From positions 1-64,000 of IMG/VR virus record IMGVR_UViG_3300008110_000030: 64,000 bases of DNA; one strand, 5' to 3'. The notes under the pieces are model-generated. The model was not told where the DNA came from, did not search any database, and saw only the letters and a program-made list of their open reading frames with translations. Positions 35,438 to 45,390 of this stretch are shown piece after piece. Position 1 is the stretch's first letter. Each line of letters starts with the position of its first letter. A program made the position numbers and the translations under genes.

Positions 35438-35692
35438 GTGACCTATAATTTTAACTTTGATGTCAGCGCACAAATTTCTGCCAAGACCGTAGAAGAAATG
35501 ATTAAGAAGGTTGTGGAAGAACAAACTGGAAAAAAGGTTACACGCATTGAAATGAAAATGCAAAATGTAACCAAAGGTCTTCAAACAAATGAATATACAG
35601 AAACAACATTTAACGGTTGTAGTGTATATTTTGAAAGTAGTAACACTGACATTGTTTATAATAACTCTTTTAAAAAGGAGACGTACAAATAA
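35438..35692 (+). CDS. Hypothetical protein
   Basis: Packed ORF. Confidence 0.65.
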   Translation: MTYNFNFDVSAQISAKTVEEMIKKVVEEQTGKKVTRIEMKMQNVTKGLQTNEYTETTFNGCSVYFESSNTDIVYNNSFKKETYK

Positions 35693-36597
35693 TGGCCACT
35701 TTAGAACAACAACAAGAGTTAATTGAAACTCTAAAATTTACACCACGCACTTACAAAATCTATATTGGCGGATATGGTGGAGAATCATATGCCGGCACTG
35801 TGAGCAAAGAAATATACGAGTTTTTCAAAGAAAAGAAAATTAATATTGAACAGTACGCTACGGACTGGGATAACTTGTTTGGTGATGTTCCTAGAGAATT
35901 GCAACCATATAGTCCTGGTAGCCCTTACGACTGTGGCAACTTGTTTCATGCAAGTGGCGCAGAGATGTCCAACTCAAACGAAATTCAAATTATAGATGAA
36001 AATGGTAACGATCATTGGTCTTGTGCCGCAGGTTTAAACGAACTTGAAGATGCTGGTGTTACTGTGAACGAATGGGGTGGATGTAATTTAGATGATTTGC
36101 CTGAAGACACTATTGTACACTGGGGTGGTCAAGGTGAGAAGGGCACATTCTTTGATGGGGAATTTGAACTAACACAACCTTTTAATCCAAAGCTCTTAAC
36201 AGTTAGCTATGAAAATTGTGATGGGTGGTGGATCATTAATGGTGTCGAATATGATGGTGTTGAAATTGATGGCTCAAACGGATATTCAACTACTGGCAAA
36301 TGGAATGAAACTAAATGGATCCTTTGCAACGGTGATGAACCATACGAAGGTGAAGAGCGAGATGAAGACTATGTTGCTGAACCTAATGAACAAACATTTC
36401 ATGCTGAAACAACAGAATGGTTTGATAAAGCAGTAAAGCCTACACACAAGGGCAACTATGAAGTTATGATAGATGCCGCTTGGCCTAATGGTGGTGTAGG
36501 AATGGTAGAATGGACTGGCCGAGGTTGGAAACAAGATGGAAAGAAAGTTGCTATAGTTCAATGGCGTGGACTAAAATTTAAACCAAGTAGTGAATAA
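35692..36597 (+). CDS. Acidic hypothetical protein
   Basis: AAGGAG RBS, 301 aa. Confidence 0.75.
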   Translation: MATLEQQQELIETLKFTPRTYKIYIGGYGGESYAGTVSKEIYEFFKEKKINIEQYATDWDNLFGDVPRELQPYSPGSPYDCGNLFHASGAEMSNSNEIQIIDENGNDHWSCAAGLNELEDAGVTVNEWGGCNLDDLPEDTIVHWGGQGEKGTFFDGEFELTQPFNPKLLTVSYENCDGWWIINGVEYDGVEIDGSNGYSTTGKWNETKWILCNGDEPYEGEERDEDYVAEPNEQTFHAETTEWFDKAVKPTHKGNYEVMIDAAWPNGGVGMVEWTGRGWKQDGKKVAIVQWRGLKFKPSSE

Positions 36598-36729
36598 CAA
36601 TGTTAAATCTTCGTGAAATGATGATTGAATATATTTGTTTTGCTTTTGAAGAACAAGAGCTTATGACAAAGTTTCATGTGAGTAAAAATGAATTGTCTGA
36701 TTTATGTGATCTCGATTTGTTAGAGATTT

Positions 36730-36993
36730 ATGACCAAACCATACTTTCCCCAATTCAAGAATAAAGAAGCAGCCATTGCTTTCATACGCAAAGTAATGGG
36801 TCCACCTAAGGCTACATTGGACGGCAAACAAAAAAGTGATATTCTTTTGCTCATAGCCATGATGGAGCCTTTTCGTGCAACAAACAATCAGCACAGTTTT
36901 ACAGAATATTATCGTATAGGCGATACTGAATATCATGTGACTACATTTCCAGACGGAGACATAGTTGTAGACAAGATGTTAAAGGATGACTAA
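36730..36993 (+). CDS. Hypothetical protein
   Basis: Packed ORF. Confidence 0.6.
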   Translation: MTKPYFPQFKNKEAAIAFIRKVMGPPKATLDGKQKSDILLLIAMMEPFRATNNQHSFTEYYRIGDTEYHVTTFPDGDIVVDKMLKDD

Positions 36994-37232
36994 TGGCAAG
37001 TCTGGCTGAATGGTTTGAAAAGCAAGAACGATACAAACCCAAATGGGAATACGGTACCCGTGTATTTGGCTACTGGAATAAAATTCCGTTCGTTGGTATG
37101 ATAATTGCTGATAGAGAAAAGGATCATATCCTAGTTCACGCAGACTTGCCAATTAAGTTTGATAACAAATTACACAATGTCATAGTGGTTAAACATAGAG
37201 ACATCAAATCAAAGTTACAGCCTCTTTTGTAA
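36993..37232 (+). CDS. Hypothetical protein
   Basis: TAATG overlap. Confidence 0.65.
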   Translation: MASLAEWFEKQERYKPKWEYGTRVFGYWNKIPFVGMIIADREKDHILVHADLPIKFDNKLHNVIVVKHRDIKSKLQPLL

Positions 37233-37280
37233 CCATAAATAGATTGTTGGATTTTCTTCCAACATTTTTAAGGAGAAAAG

Positions 37281-38321
37281 ATGGACTTTGTATTAAACGT
37301 TCTGTTAAAGAACATGTCATACCTATGGATGATATTCTTCATTATGATCACTGCTGGACTAGCTAAAGAGTACGCTCTTTTTGCCCCAGCATTTGCCTAT
37401 GTAAGAAACACATTCCGTAGCAATAAGTTCGTAGTAGTTCTCCTAAGCGCAATTGGCGGAGTATTGCCAATTGAAGGTCGAGTCACTGTGTCAGCAGGTC
37501 TGCTTGATACAGTAGCGCCAAAAGATGGACCAGGCCGTGAAAAGTTAGGTATTGTTGATTACTTGAGTACGCACCACTATTATTTGTGGAGCCCTCTTGA
37601 GAAAACAGTAATCCTACCAATTGCGGCATTTGGTTTAACTTATGGTGCATGGCTTGGTCTGGTTGCACCGTTGTTGATTGTTAGTTTTGCTTTTATTACT
37701 TGGTATATATGGAGTCAAGTACATAACGAGCAAATAGTGATCACACCAGGAAACTTTAAACTATCATCAGTCTTACGCAATGTTATTCCAATGTTTGTGG
37801 CCATTGGTCTTTACATTTACAATGACAAGTGGATGGTTGGTTGTTTTGGTTTCCTAACCCTGTACTACATTATCATTAGCCAACAGTGGAACATTAAGAA
37901 ATTATTAGGCTACGTTCGATGGGATGTATTGGCATGGGTTGGTGCAGTTATTATGCTAGGAAACTACATGAAAACTTATGATGCCGCATGGCAAACAATG
38001 CTAAAGACAAGTGTGCTTGATCCGCATACTTTTGTTGGCATGGTTGCTATATCAGCAATTGGTTTCATAGCCAGCTTCTTAATGGGTAGTAGTGGAAAGT
38101 TTATAGCAATCGCTGTATTGATGTCTCAAGTCTTTGGAGTTGAGTATTTCTTATGGTTCTTTGCTATCGACTTTGCAGGCTATCTCATTAGCCCTACGCA
38201 TAAGTGCGTTATGATTGGAAACAAATATTTTGGAACTCCAGTCGGCACTTATTATAAGGCATTAGGAGCATGGGGTGGATTAATGCTGATAACGGCAGGT
38301 TTGATTACTTTTGTAATCTAA
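37281..38321 (+). CDS. Polytopic membrane transporter (ion-transporter-superfamily-like)
   Basis: About 10 TM segments with re-entrant GGVLP and GSSG motifs; AAGGAG RBS; TAAATA at 37236-37241. Confidence 0.7.
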   Translation: MDFVLNVLLKNMSYLWMIFFIMITAGLAKEYALFAPAFAYVRNTFRSNKFVVVLLSAIGGVLPIEGRVTVSAGLLDTVAPKDGPGREKLGIVDYLSTHHYYLWSPLEKTVILPIAAFGLTYGAWLGLVAPLLIVSFAFITWYIWSQVHNEQIVITPGNFKLSSVLRNVIPMFVAIGLYIYNDKWMVGCFGFLTLYYIIISQQWNIKKLLGYVRWDVLAWVGAVIMLGNYMKTYDAAWQTMLKTSVLDPHTFVGMVAISAIGFIASFLMGSSGKFIAIAVLMSQVFGVEYFLWFFAIDFAGYLISPTHKCVMIGNKYFGTPVGTYYKALGAWGGLMLITAGLITFVI

Positions 38322-38326
38322 GCATT

Positions 38327-38350
38327 AGAGGGGCTCAATGCCCCTCTTCT
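38327..38350 (+). terminator. Hairpin after the transporter
   Basis: AGAGGGGC-TCAAT-GCCCCTCT, weak U tail. Confidence 0.55.
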
Positions 38351-38432
38351 TAACTAAAAATTATCGACTTGGTATAACCAGTCGCTTGAGAATCGGAAGA
38401 CGGCTCTCAACTTAAATCTTAAAGGTGATTAT

Positions 38433-39326
38433 ATGAAACAAATAGCAATACTAGCTATACTGTTGGCTACCACGTCAATAGCTATGGCACAAAGTAGAGT
38501 TGGCACCATAGCCGACGAAGCAGTTAAAGAAATGTCAGCAAAACAAAATCTTCCAGACCTGTCTGGAGAGTCGCAGACATTACCTCCCGTAACAGTTACA
38601 GCAGAAAAAATTGATCAATTTGATCGAGTTGGACCATACAATCAACCAGTGTGGACTACTGGTAGAATGTTTCCTAGTACTAGAACTTATGTTATGACCC
38701 CACCAGGGACAATGATGTACGAAAAATGGTTTGACTTTAGAAATAGACGTAATGGCCCAACCCAAATTCGTATGCGAGATGAGTTTGCGTTTGGTCTTGG
38801 AAATAGGTTAGAGTTAGACCTATATGCACACACAGTTTATGACGGCCCGTCAGAACAAAAAGAGTTCAATTGGCGAGGCTTTAGTTGGGAGATACGATAT
38901 GCTCTAGCTGATTGGGGTAAAATTCCTGGTAACCCCACTTTGTACTTTGAGCACAAATTAATTAACGGTCGTCAAGGAATTGAACCTAAATTATTACTAG
39001 GAGATAGAATTGGGGAGACAGATTATATCTGGAGTGCAAACTTCATATATGAAGCCAATCTCGCCAAAGCTAATGCTGACAAAGAACGAGAGTACGCCGC
39101 TACATTTAGTTTAGGCAAGATTATTGATAATGATCTCATGCTTGGTTTCTCGTCTATGTATCGTTATCATAACTATGATCAAAACATTCAAGAGCTTTAT
39201 GCTGGTCCCGTAGTAAATTGGCGGATCAATAAAAAGGCTAGACTTAGTTTTGAACACATGCCTAGATTAAGCGACGACGGATATAACGACAGCAGAAGTT
39301 TGTTTATTTTTGGTTGGACTTTATAA
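38433..39326 (+). CDS. Exported, probably outer-membrane beta-barrel protein
   Basis: Signal peptide; alternating beta-strand pattern; C-terminal FIFGWTL. Confidence 0.65.
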   Translation: MKQIAILAILLATTSIAMAQSRVGTIADEAVKEMSAKQNLPDLSGESQTLPPVTVTAEKIDQFDRVGPYNQPVWTTGRMFPSTRTYVMTPPGTMMYEKWFDFRNRRNGPTQIRMRDEFAFGLGNRLELDLYAHTVYDGPSEQKEFNWRGFSWEIRYALADWGKIPGNPTLYFEHKLINGRQGIEPKLLLGDRIGETDYIWSANFIYEANLAKANADKEREYAATFSLGKIIDNDLMLGFSSMYRYHNYDQNIQELYAGPVVNWRINKKARLSFEHMPRLSDDGYNDSRSLFIFGWTL

Positions 39327-39339
39327 AATTGTTTTGCTA

Positions 39340-39368
39340 TTGACTTATGAAATAAATATCATTATAAT
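39340..39368 (+). promoter_or_regulatory. sigma70 promoter
   Basis: TTGACT-17 nt-TATAAT. Confidence 0.75.
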
Positions 39369-39417
39369 AGCATATTATACACTATTCAGAGCATAGCTCT
39401 TATATTATAAAGAAAGC

Positions 39418-39449
39418 AGTGGGGGCATTATTATTCAGCCCCCACTTTT
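39418..39449 (+). terminator. Intrinsic terminator
   Basis: AGTGGGGGC/GCCCCCACT 9-bp stem plus TTT. Confidence 0.75.
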
Positions 39450-39473
39450 ATTAGCACTGTGGCATTCTTGATG

Positions 39474-39481
39474 TATAAATA
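39474..39481 (+). promoter_or_regulatory. T4-type late promoter for dnaK
   Basis: TATAAATA exact T4 late consensus. Confidence 0.7.
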
Positions 39482-39538
39482 ATTATACACTGATGCACCT
39501 AATGGGCACAGTAAACGGGCAAAGCCCAAATATAAAGA

Positions 39539-39557
39539 TCTTACTTTAAAAGGAGAT
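39539..39557 (+). promoter_or_regulatory. 19-nt RBS-containing motif shared by dnaK and hsp20
   Basis: TCTTACTTTAAAAGGAGAT, identical at 41477-41495. Confidence 0.7.
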
Positions 39558-39561
39558 AAAA

Positions 39562-41451
39562 ATGTCAAAGATCATCGGTATCGACCTCGGTACAACAAAC
39601 TCATGCGTAGCCGTTATAGAAAACGGAATCCCCAAAGTTATTGAAAATAGTGAAGGTGCTAGAACTACACCCTCAATTGTTGCCTACGCCAACAATGAAA
39701 TCTTAGTAGGTGCTACTGCAAAACGTCAAGCAGTAACAAATCCTAAAAATACAATCTATGCTAGTAAGCGTTTGATTGGACGTAAGTTTGAAGAACAAGC
39801 TGTACAAAAAGATATTGACCTAATGCCTTACAAAATTGTTCGAGCAGACAATGGTGATGCATGGATTGAAGCTAACAACGACAAACTTGCCCCACCACAG
39901 ATTTCGGCAGAAGTACTCCGCAAGATGAAAAAAACTGCGGAAGACTATCTTGGAGAAACTGTAACACAGGCAGTTATTACAGTCCCAGCTTACTTTAACG
40001 ACAGTCAACGTCAAGCAACAAAAGATGCAGGCAAAATTGCTGGCTTAGAAGTTCTACGTATTATTAATGAACCAACAGCGGCTGCACTTAGTTATGGTGT
40101 TGACAAAGCTGATAAAGCTGACAGGAAAATTGCTGTTTACGACCTTGGTGGTGGTACATTTGACGTAAGCATTATTGACATTGCTGATGTTGATGGTGAC
40201 AAGCAAATTGAAGTGTTATCAACCAACGGTGACACATTCTTAGGCGGTGAAGATTTTGACCAACGTATTATGGATTACTTGGTTGACGAATTTAAGAAAG
40301 AGCAAGGTGTTGATCTAAAGAAAGACATGTTGGCTCTACAACGTCTTAAAGAAGCAAGTGAAAAAGCTAAAATTGAATTATCAAGTTCAGCACAAACAGA
40401 TGTTAACTTGCCATACATTACAGCAGATGCAAGTGGTCCTAAACACATGGCAATTAAGTTGACTCGTGCTAAATTTGAATCAATGGTTGATGACCTAATT
40501 CAACGCAGTTTAGATCCATGCCGTCAAGCTATGAAAGATGCTAGTGTTACTGCCGCAGACATTGACGAAGTTATCTTGGTTGGTGGTCAAACACGTATGC
40601 CTAAGGTACAAGAAGAAGTTGAAAAACTTTTTGGTAAAGCTCCACGTCGTGATGTAAATCCGGACGAAGCTGTAGCAGTTGGTGCGGCAATTCAAGGTGC
40701 TGTTTTAGGTGGTGATCGTAAAGATGTTCTACTACTTGACGTTACTCCATTAAGTCTTGGTATTGAAACACTGGGCGGCGTAATGACCAAGATCATCCAG
40801 AAGAATACAACTATTCCTTCTAAAGGACAGCAAACATTCTCAACAGCTGAAGATAACCAGCCTGCGGTTACTATTAAAGTATTCCAAGGTGAGCGTGAAC
40901 TTTGCCAGCATAATAAAATGTTGGGAGAGTTTAATCTTGAAGGCATTGCTCCAGCTCGTCGTGGTCAGCCACAGATTGAAGTTACCTTTGACATTGACGC
41001 TAACGGCATCATGAACATTAGTGCTAAGGACAAGTCAACTGGAAAAGAAAACAAGATTACTATCAAATCAGATAGCGGTCTTAGCAAAGAAGAAATTGAA
41101 AAAATGATTCAAGAAGCTGAAGCAAATGCCGAAGCAGATAAAAAAGCACGTGAACTAATTGATTCTCGCAACAACGCAGAATCACAAGTACACTCTGTTA
41201 AGAAAGACTTAACAGAGTATGGTAGTAAAATCACTGAAGATGACAAGTCTAAAATAGAAACTGCTATTAAAACTGTAGAAGATTCTATTAAGGGCGACGA
41301 CACTGAAGTGATTACTAAATCAGTGACAGCATTGTTTGAAGCAATGACACCACTGATTCAAGCAAAGACTAGTACTGCTTCAGAAAGCAACAACAATAAT
41401 CAAGACGATGTTGTTGATGCTCAATACACTGAAACACCTAAGTCTGAATAA
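39562..41451 (+). CDS. dnaK: DnaK (Hsp70)
   Basis: [28 protein letters not shown]; full length. Confidence 0.98.
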   Translation: MSKIIGIDLGTTNSCVAVIENGIPKVIENSEGARTTPSIVAYANNEILVGATAKRQAVTNPKNTIYASKRLIGRKFEEQAVQKDIDLMPYKIVRADNGDAWIEANNDKLAPPQISAEVLRKMKKTAEDYLGETVTQAVITVPAYFNDSQRQATKDAGKIAGLEVLRIINEPTAAALSYGVDKADKADRKIAVYDLGGGTFDVSIIDIADVDGDKQIEVLSTNGDTFLGGEDFDQRIMDYLVDEFKKEQGVDLKKDMLALQRLKEASEKAKIELSSSAQTDVNLPYITADASGPKHMAIKLTRAKFESMVDDLIQRSLDPCRQAMKDASVTAADIDEVILVGGQTRMPKVQEEVEKLFGKAPRRDVNPDEAVAVGAAIQGAVLGGDRKDVLLLDVTPLSLGIETLGGVMTKIIQKNTTIPSKGQQTFSTAEDNQPAVTIKVFQGERELCQHNKMLGEFNLEGIAPARRGQPQIEVTFDIDANGIMNISAKDKSTGKENKITIKSDSGLSKEEIEKMIQEAEANAEADKKARELIDSRNNAESQVHSVKKDLTEYGSKITEDDKSKIETAIKTVEDSIKGDDTEVITKSVTALFEAMTPLIQAKTSTASESNNNNQDDVVDAQYTETPKSE

Positions 41452-41499
41452 GGCACCGTTAAGGGCCTAATTTGATTCTTACTTTAAAAGGAGATTATC

Positions 41500-41934
41500 A
41501 TGAATCAACTAAGAACTATAGATGCAGATACACTAACAAAAGCTCTAATTGGATTTGACACAATGTTTGACCAATTTGAACGTAGGTTTTCTAATTCAAT
41601 GAGTAATACATATCCTCCTCATAATGTTATCAAAATTGATGACAACAATTATGAGATTCAAGTGGCTGTAACTGGTTTTGGAAAAGATGATGTTACTGTT
41701 GAACTTGATCAGAACGTGTTAATTGTGACTGCTGGTAGAGATGTTGTTGAAGATGAAAAAACATATCTACACCGTGGACTTGCACAACGCAATTTTGTTC
41801 GCAACTTCCCACTTGCTGAGCATATTGAGGTTAAAGGTGCAGAACAAAAGAACGGCATCTTGTCTATTAGACTAGAGCGCATTGTTCCAGAAGCACTCAA
41901 GCCACGTCGAATTAACGTCACGTATTCAGAGTAA
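41500..41934 (+). CDS. Small heat shock protein (Hsp20/IbpA-like)
   Basis: YPPHNV, YLHRGLAQRNF.R.F.L, NGILSI.L. Confidence 0.92.
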   Translation: MNQLRTIDADTLTKALIGFDTMFDQFERRFSNSMSNTYPPHNVIKIDDNNYEIQVAVTGFGKDDVTVELDQNVLIVTAGRDVVEDEKTYLHRGLAQRNFVRNFPLAEHIEVKGAEQKNGILSIRLERIVPEALKPRRINVTYSE

Positions 41935-41939
41935 TTGGC

Positions 41940-41965
41940 AAAGGGGCCACTTGTGCCCCTTTGTT
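41940..41965 (+). terminator. Intrinsic terminator
   Basis: AAAGGGGC/GCCCCTTT stem followed by T-rich tract. Confidence 0.75.
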
Positions 41966-42006
41966 ATTTGTAGTATAATAAGTAAAAATAATATTTAGGA
42001 ACTTAA

Positions 42007-42309
42007 ATGGGTGAAATTGCTACCAAACAAAAAAGTCTAGTAACTACAGATCTAATTGAACCTAGAAAGTTCAAAGTGATTTTCTTTAATGATGATAAAA
42101 CTCCAATGGATTTTGTTATAGATTTGTTGATTAATTTATTCAATCATGACCAAACTAGTAGCAGTAAACTAACAATGGAAATTCACAATGAAGGGTCAGC
42201 AGTAGTTGGGATTTACCCTTATGAAATCGCCGAGCAAAAAGGAATTGAATCCACACACATTGCTCGTCAAGCAGGCTACCCATTATTGATTAAAGTTGAA
42301 TCGGAGTAA
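42007..42309 (+). CDS. clpS: ClpS N-degron adaptor
   Basis: KVIFFNDDKTPMDFV...IH.EG..VVG..P.EIAE.K...YPL. Confidence 0.92.
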   Translation: MGEIATKQKSLVTTDLIEPRKFKVIFFNDDKTPMDFVIDLLINLFNHDQTSSSKLTMEIHNEGSAVVGIYPYEIAEQKGIESTHIARQAGYPLLIKVESE

Positions 42310-42311
42310 CG

Positions 42312-42857
42312 ATGAGTTTACGAGAAATTACTAAAGATTTACATCACGAAGCAGAAATAACAAAATTTGCCAAGTTATTGCTAAGTGGAAAAATTGAAAA
42401 ATCTGATTATAAGAATTATCTATATAATCTAATGGCAGTATACGATCCAATCGAGTGGTACTGCAAACGTCAAGGTTTCCTTGACACAATGCCTACACTG
42501 CCAAGACTACATGCTATCCATGCAGACTTTGTAGAATTAGATGATGGCACATATTGTTATCTAACGCCAGCGGCTTTAGAATATCAAGCATACTTACATA
42601 AACTAGGCAATGATCCAGAACGTAAACATTTGGTTAAGGCGCATTTATATTGCCGCCATATGGGCGACCTATTCGGTGGTCAAATCATTAAGAAACAAGT
42701 AGCACACATTTCAAGTGGTAAATTTTACGACTTTGAAAATGCTGATGCTATGAAGATGTCTATTCGAGAAACACTCACAGATGATCTAGGAGATGAAGCT
42801 CGTGTGGCATTTGAATTTGCTATTAAGATGATGCGTGACTTATATGCAGGAGAGTAA
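42312..42857 (+). CDS. hemO: Heme oxygenase
   Basis: LRE.T...H..AE (axial His); AHLYCRHMGDLFGGQII. Confidence 0.9.
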   Translation: MSLREITKDLHHEAEITKFAKLLLSGKIEKSDYKNYLYNLMAVYDPIEWYCKRQGFLDTMPTLPRLHAIHADFVELDDGTYCYLTPAALEYQAYLHKLGNDPERKHLVKAHLYCRHMGDLFGGQIIKKQVAHISSGKFYDFENADAMKMSIRETLTDDLGDEARVAFEFAIKMMRDLYAGE

Positions 42858-43533
42858 AGTATGGGACACACTAATTGAGATCCAAGCTCTACTTGAGGAG
42901 TCGTTTGAAAAAACAGGAGTCGAAGTATTCGAACCTGGAATGGATCGTTTTAATCAACCTGGTTGGGTTAATCGTGTATGGTCTAGTGATAAGTATCGCC
43001 GGGCCCACGTTGATGTCGTTGATGCTAGGCTGACCAAAGGTCTTTGGATGATGCACTGTTGCATCTTCCCTCATACACACAATCCAGCACCAATTTACGG
43101 CTTTGATGTTATTGCTGGTAAGAACAAAATTACTGGTTGTTTCCACGACTATAGTCCTGCTGGCGACAAAAATCATCCTATGATAGAATGGTTTGGTCAA
43201 GAAGTTAGCAAGTTAGAGTGGCGCAGAGAACGAGCACTTCCTGATTGGGCTCAGCGTATTTTTACCAAGCACATGGTGGCGGCAGGCAATGTTCAAGATG
43301 AAACTGAGTTACAACAAATTACAGATCTTGCTAAAACTACAGTAGAACACTATCTCAGTACTGTTGCAGAAACTAATAATACAGTGCCTGATACTACATT
43401 TGAGCAAGACTACTACGCACAAAATCAAAAACAAAACCCACATACTCCTAGAGTTATGGTTAGTTTAGGGCTTTCAGAGGACGATGTCAAGCATTTCATA
43501 CAAGAATGTCTATTTCCCGAAATTGGTAAATAA
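42844..43533 (+). CDS. pcyX: Ferredoxin-dependent bilin reductase, PcyA/PcyX type
   Basis: RAHVDVVDAR..KGLWMMHCCIFP...PIYGFDVIAG..KITGCFHDYSP; LPDWAQRIF; QKQNPHT. Confidence 0.8.
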   Translation: MQESKVWDTLIEIQALLEESFEKTGVEVFEPGMDRFNQPGWVNRVWSSDKYRRAHVDVVDARLTKGLWMMHCCIFPHTHNPAPIYGFDVIAGKNKITGCFHDYSPAGDKNHPMIEWFGQEVSKLEWRRERALPDWAQRIFTKHMVAAGNVQDETELQQITDLAKTTVEHYLSTVAETNNTVPDTTFEQDYYAQNQKQNPHTPRVMVSLGLSEDDVKHFIQECLFPEIGK

Positions 43534-43539
43534 TACATT

Positions 43540-45315
43540 ATGCGTTTAGATGAATTTCAATTAGCAGGGCAAATGCCCTCCAATATACAAAGAGCTGTTC
43601 CTGTAACAGCTCAACCTTCTCAACCAGCAGTTGGTTCAGCTGGCGGTAACTCTTTAGAAGATAGCTTGGTAAAATTCGTTGATAAGGCTGACGATTTTCC
43701 AGATGACTCACCTGTTCATGCTTATGTAAACAGCGTACTTAAAACAATTTTATCTTACATTCCAGATATTACGATACGTGAGAATTCAGCAACAAATCAA
43801 TCATCTTTAGATGACACTAATCGTTCGTTATTGGAAGACCTCTTTCCTTATCTATCACAACTTAGTGAAGATTCTAGAAATACCCTTAAGGACTCGATTG
43901 ACGGTGCAATACTTACATTAGAGCAAAAACAAAAACTTAGCGGTGAACTTTATAAGATTAAGGGTGCTAAAAAAGCCTTTACTAAACAGAATGTAACAAT
44001 TCAATTAGACACCAAAGGCAACATTGCAAAGATGGATGCTGATATTGAAGCAACTGCTAGACAATTTGCCAAAGACTTTAAACTACCATTAAAATGGGCA
44101 CGTAACTTAATTGGCATGTTTGAGGTCAATATCACTAGAGAACAAAGAAAAGAATTCTTAATAGCCTGTAGAGCTGGTACTGCGCTTGATGTTGGTAAAA
44201 TGATCAATGACGGCGAAGGTCGTGTTGAAGACTATGTTTTGTTAGAACAGCCAGAACTTAAGGAAGTTTATAACAGTGTTAAAGACACGCTCCTAGACAT
44301 CAGTTTAAGTACAGGTCAACGCGGAGCAACTGGTCCATTTGAAGCCATGATGGCCATCATGGGCGGATGTAAAAAACCTGGTATAAACGAGGGTGGTGAT
44401 TTAAAGTATAAAGATTTAAAACTTGAAGTTAAAGCAACCTCAATTAGTGCTGTAACTGAATCTGCTACAGCAGGTAAAGCTAATTCTGCTTGGTTAGATT
44501 CTACAGCAGGTAAAGAAATATCAGGATCAACACTGAGAAGTGTGGCAAATGATTGGTTAGATAATTATGCTACAGAAGCAAGAACAAACAAAGCATTCCA
44601 AGATTCTTGGAAGAAAGCTGATTTCAGACCAGCAGGTCTTGAAAGTTTAAAACAGTGTTTAGTTGATCTTAGAAGTGTAGAAGGAGTTCCTGTTGCTCCA
44701 GCTAAGAAATTAATCAAATATATGATGGGAACTATGTTTCCAAGTATAGTGAAATTACAAAATGAAGGTTATGATTTTGACGCATCTTGTATGAGAATAC
44801 TAACTGCAATTGGTAAGTTAGATACAAGCTCTATTGCTAAAGAACAAGGAGTTATGGCTTTATTAGAATATATAACTGGAAAAGGAAATGACGGTTTTGT
44901 ATTCTTTAATCCATCAACTCAGAAATTCAAAATTGTTATGGGAGTAAAAGGTGTACTAGAAGAACTCAAATCAAAAAACGGTTCCAACCTACATTTTGAT
45001 AGTACCATGACCATGGGTAAGTCTGCAAAAGCCAGTCCAGGAATATATTATGGTGCAAAACCAAACTCGCCCGAAGGTATAGAATATCTAAAGAAATTTA
45101 ATTCAAGTCCAGAACGTGTAGCTCAATTAAAACAAATAGAAGCAGATAAAGCAGCCGCAAGAGAAAATAAATCATTAGCCATGATTCAAGCCGCCAAAGA
45201 AGGCGAGTCAGAATTTGAATTTGATGGTAAAATGTATGCTGTTTCTAAAGCCGCTTTAAAGAAGTATTTTGAGCCTGACATGCCAATCTCCAGAACCAAA
45301 AAGAAAACCCGTTAA
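43540..45315 (+). CDS. Large hypothetical protein with a PD-(D/E)xK-like motif
   Basis: GPFE...GGDL.....LEVK; starts MRLDEF; TAAATA at 43527-43532. Confidence 0.65.
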   Translation: MRLDEFQLAGQMPSNIQRAVPVTAQPSQPAVGSAGGNSLEDSLVKFVDKADDFPDDSPVHAYVNSVLKTILSYIPDITIRENSATNQSSLDDTNRSLLEDLFPYLSQLSEDSRNTLKDSIDGAILTLEQKQKLSGELYKIKGAKKAFTKQNVTIQLDTKGNIAKMDADIEATARQFAKDFKLPLKWARNLIGMFEVNITREQRKEFLIACRAGTALDVGKMINDGEGRVEDYVLLEQPELKEVYNSVKDTLLDISLSTGQRGATGPFEAMMAIMGGCKKPGINEGGDLKYKDLKLEVKATSISAVTESATAGKANSAWLDSTAGKEISGSTLRSVANDWLDNYATEARTNKAFQDSWKKADFRPAGLESLKQCLVDLRSVEGVPVAPAKKLIKYMMGTMFPSIVKLQNEGYDFDASCMRILTAIGKLDTSSIAKEQGVMALLEYITGKGNDGFVFFNPSTQKFKIVMGVKGVLEELKSKNGSNLHFDSTMTMGKSAKASPGIYYGAKPNSPEGIEYLKKFNSSPERVAQLKQIEADKAAARENKSLAMIQAAKEGESEFEFDGKMYAVSKAALKKYFEPDMPISRTKKKTR

Positions 45316-45390
45316 GTATTAATTTACTAAGCATTTAATTTATCGCTCTACTACCGTTAAATAATAATGACGGTAATCGGAGAGCGAGCA

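Noticed and set aside
38340-38432. Cobalamin riboswitch before the outer-membrane protein
   Set aside because: No B12-box or other conserved cobalamin riboswitch segments seen
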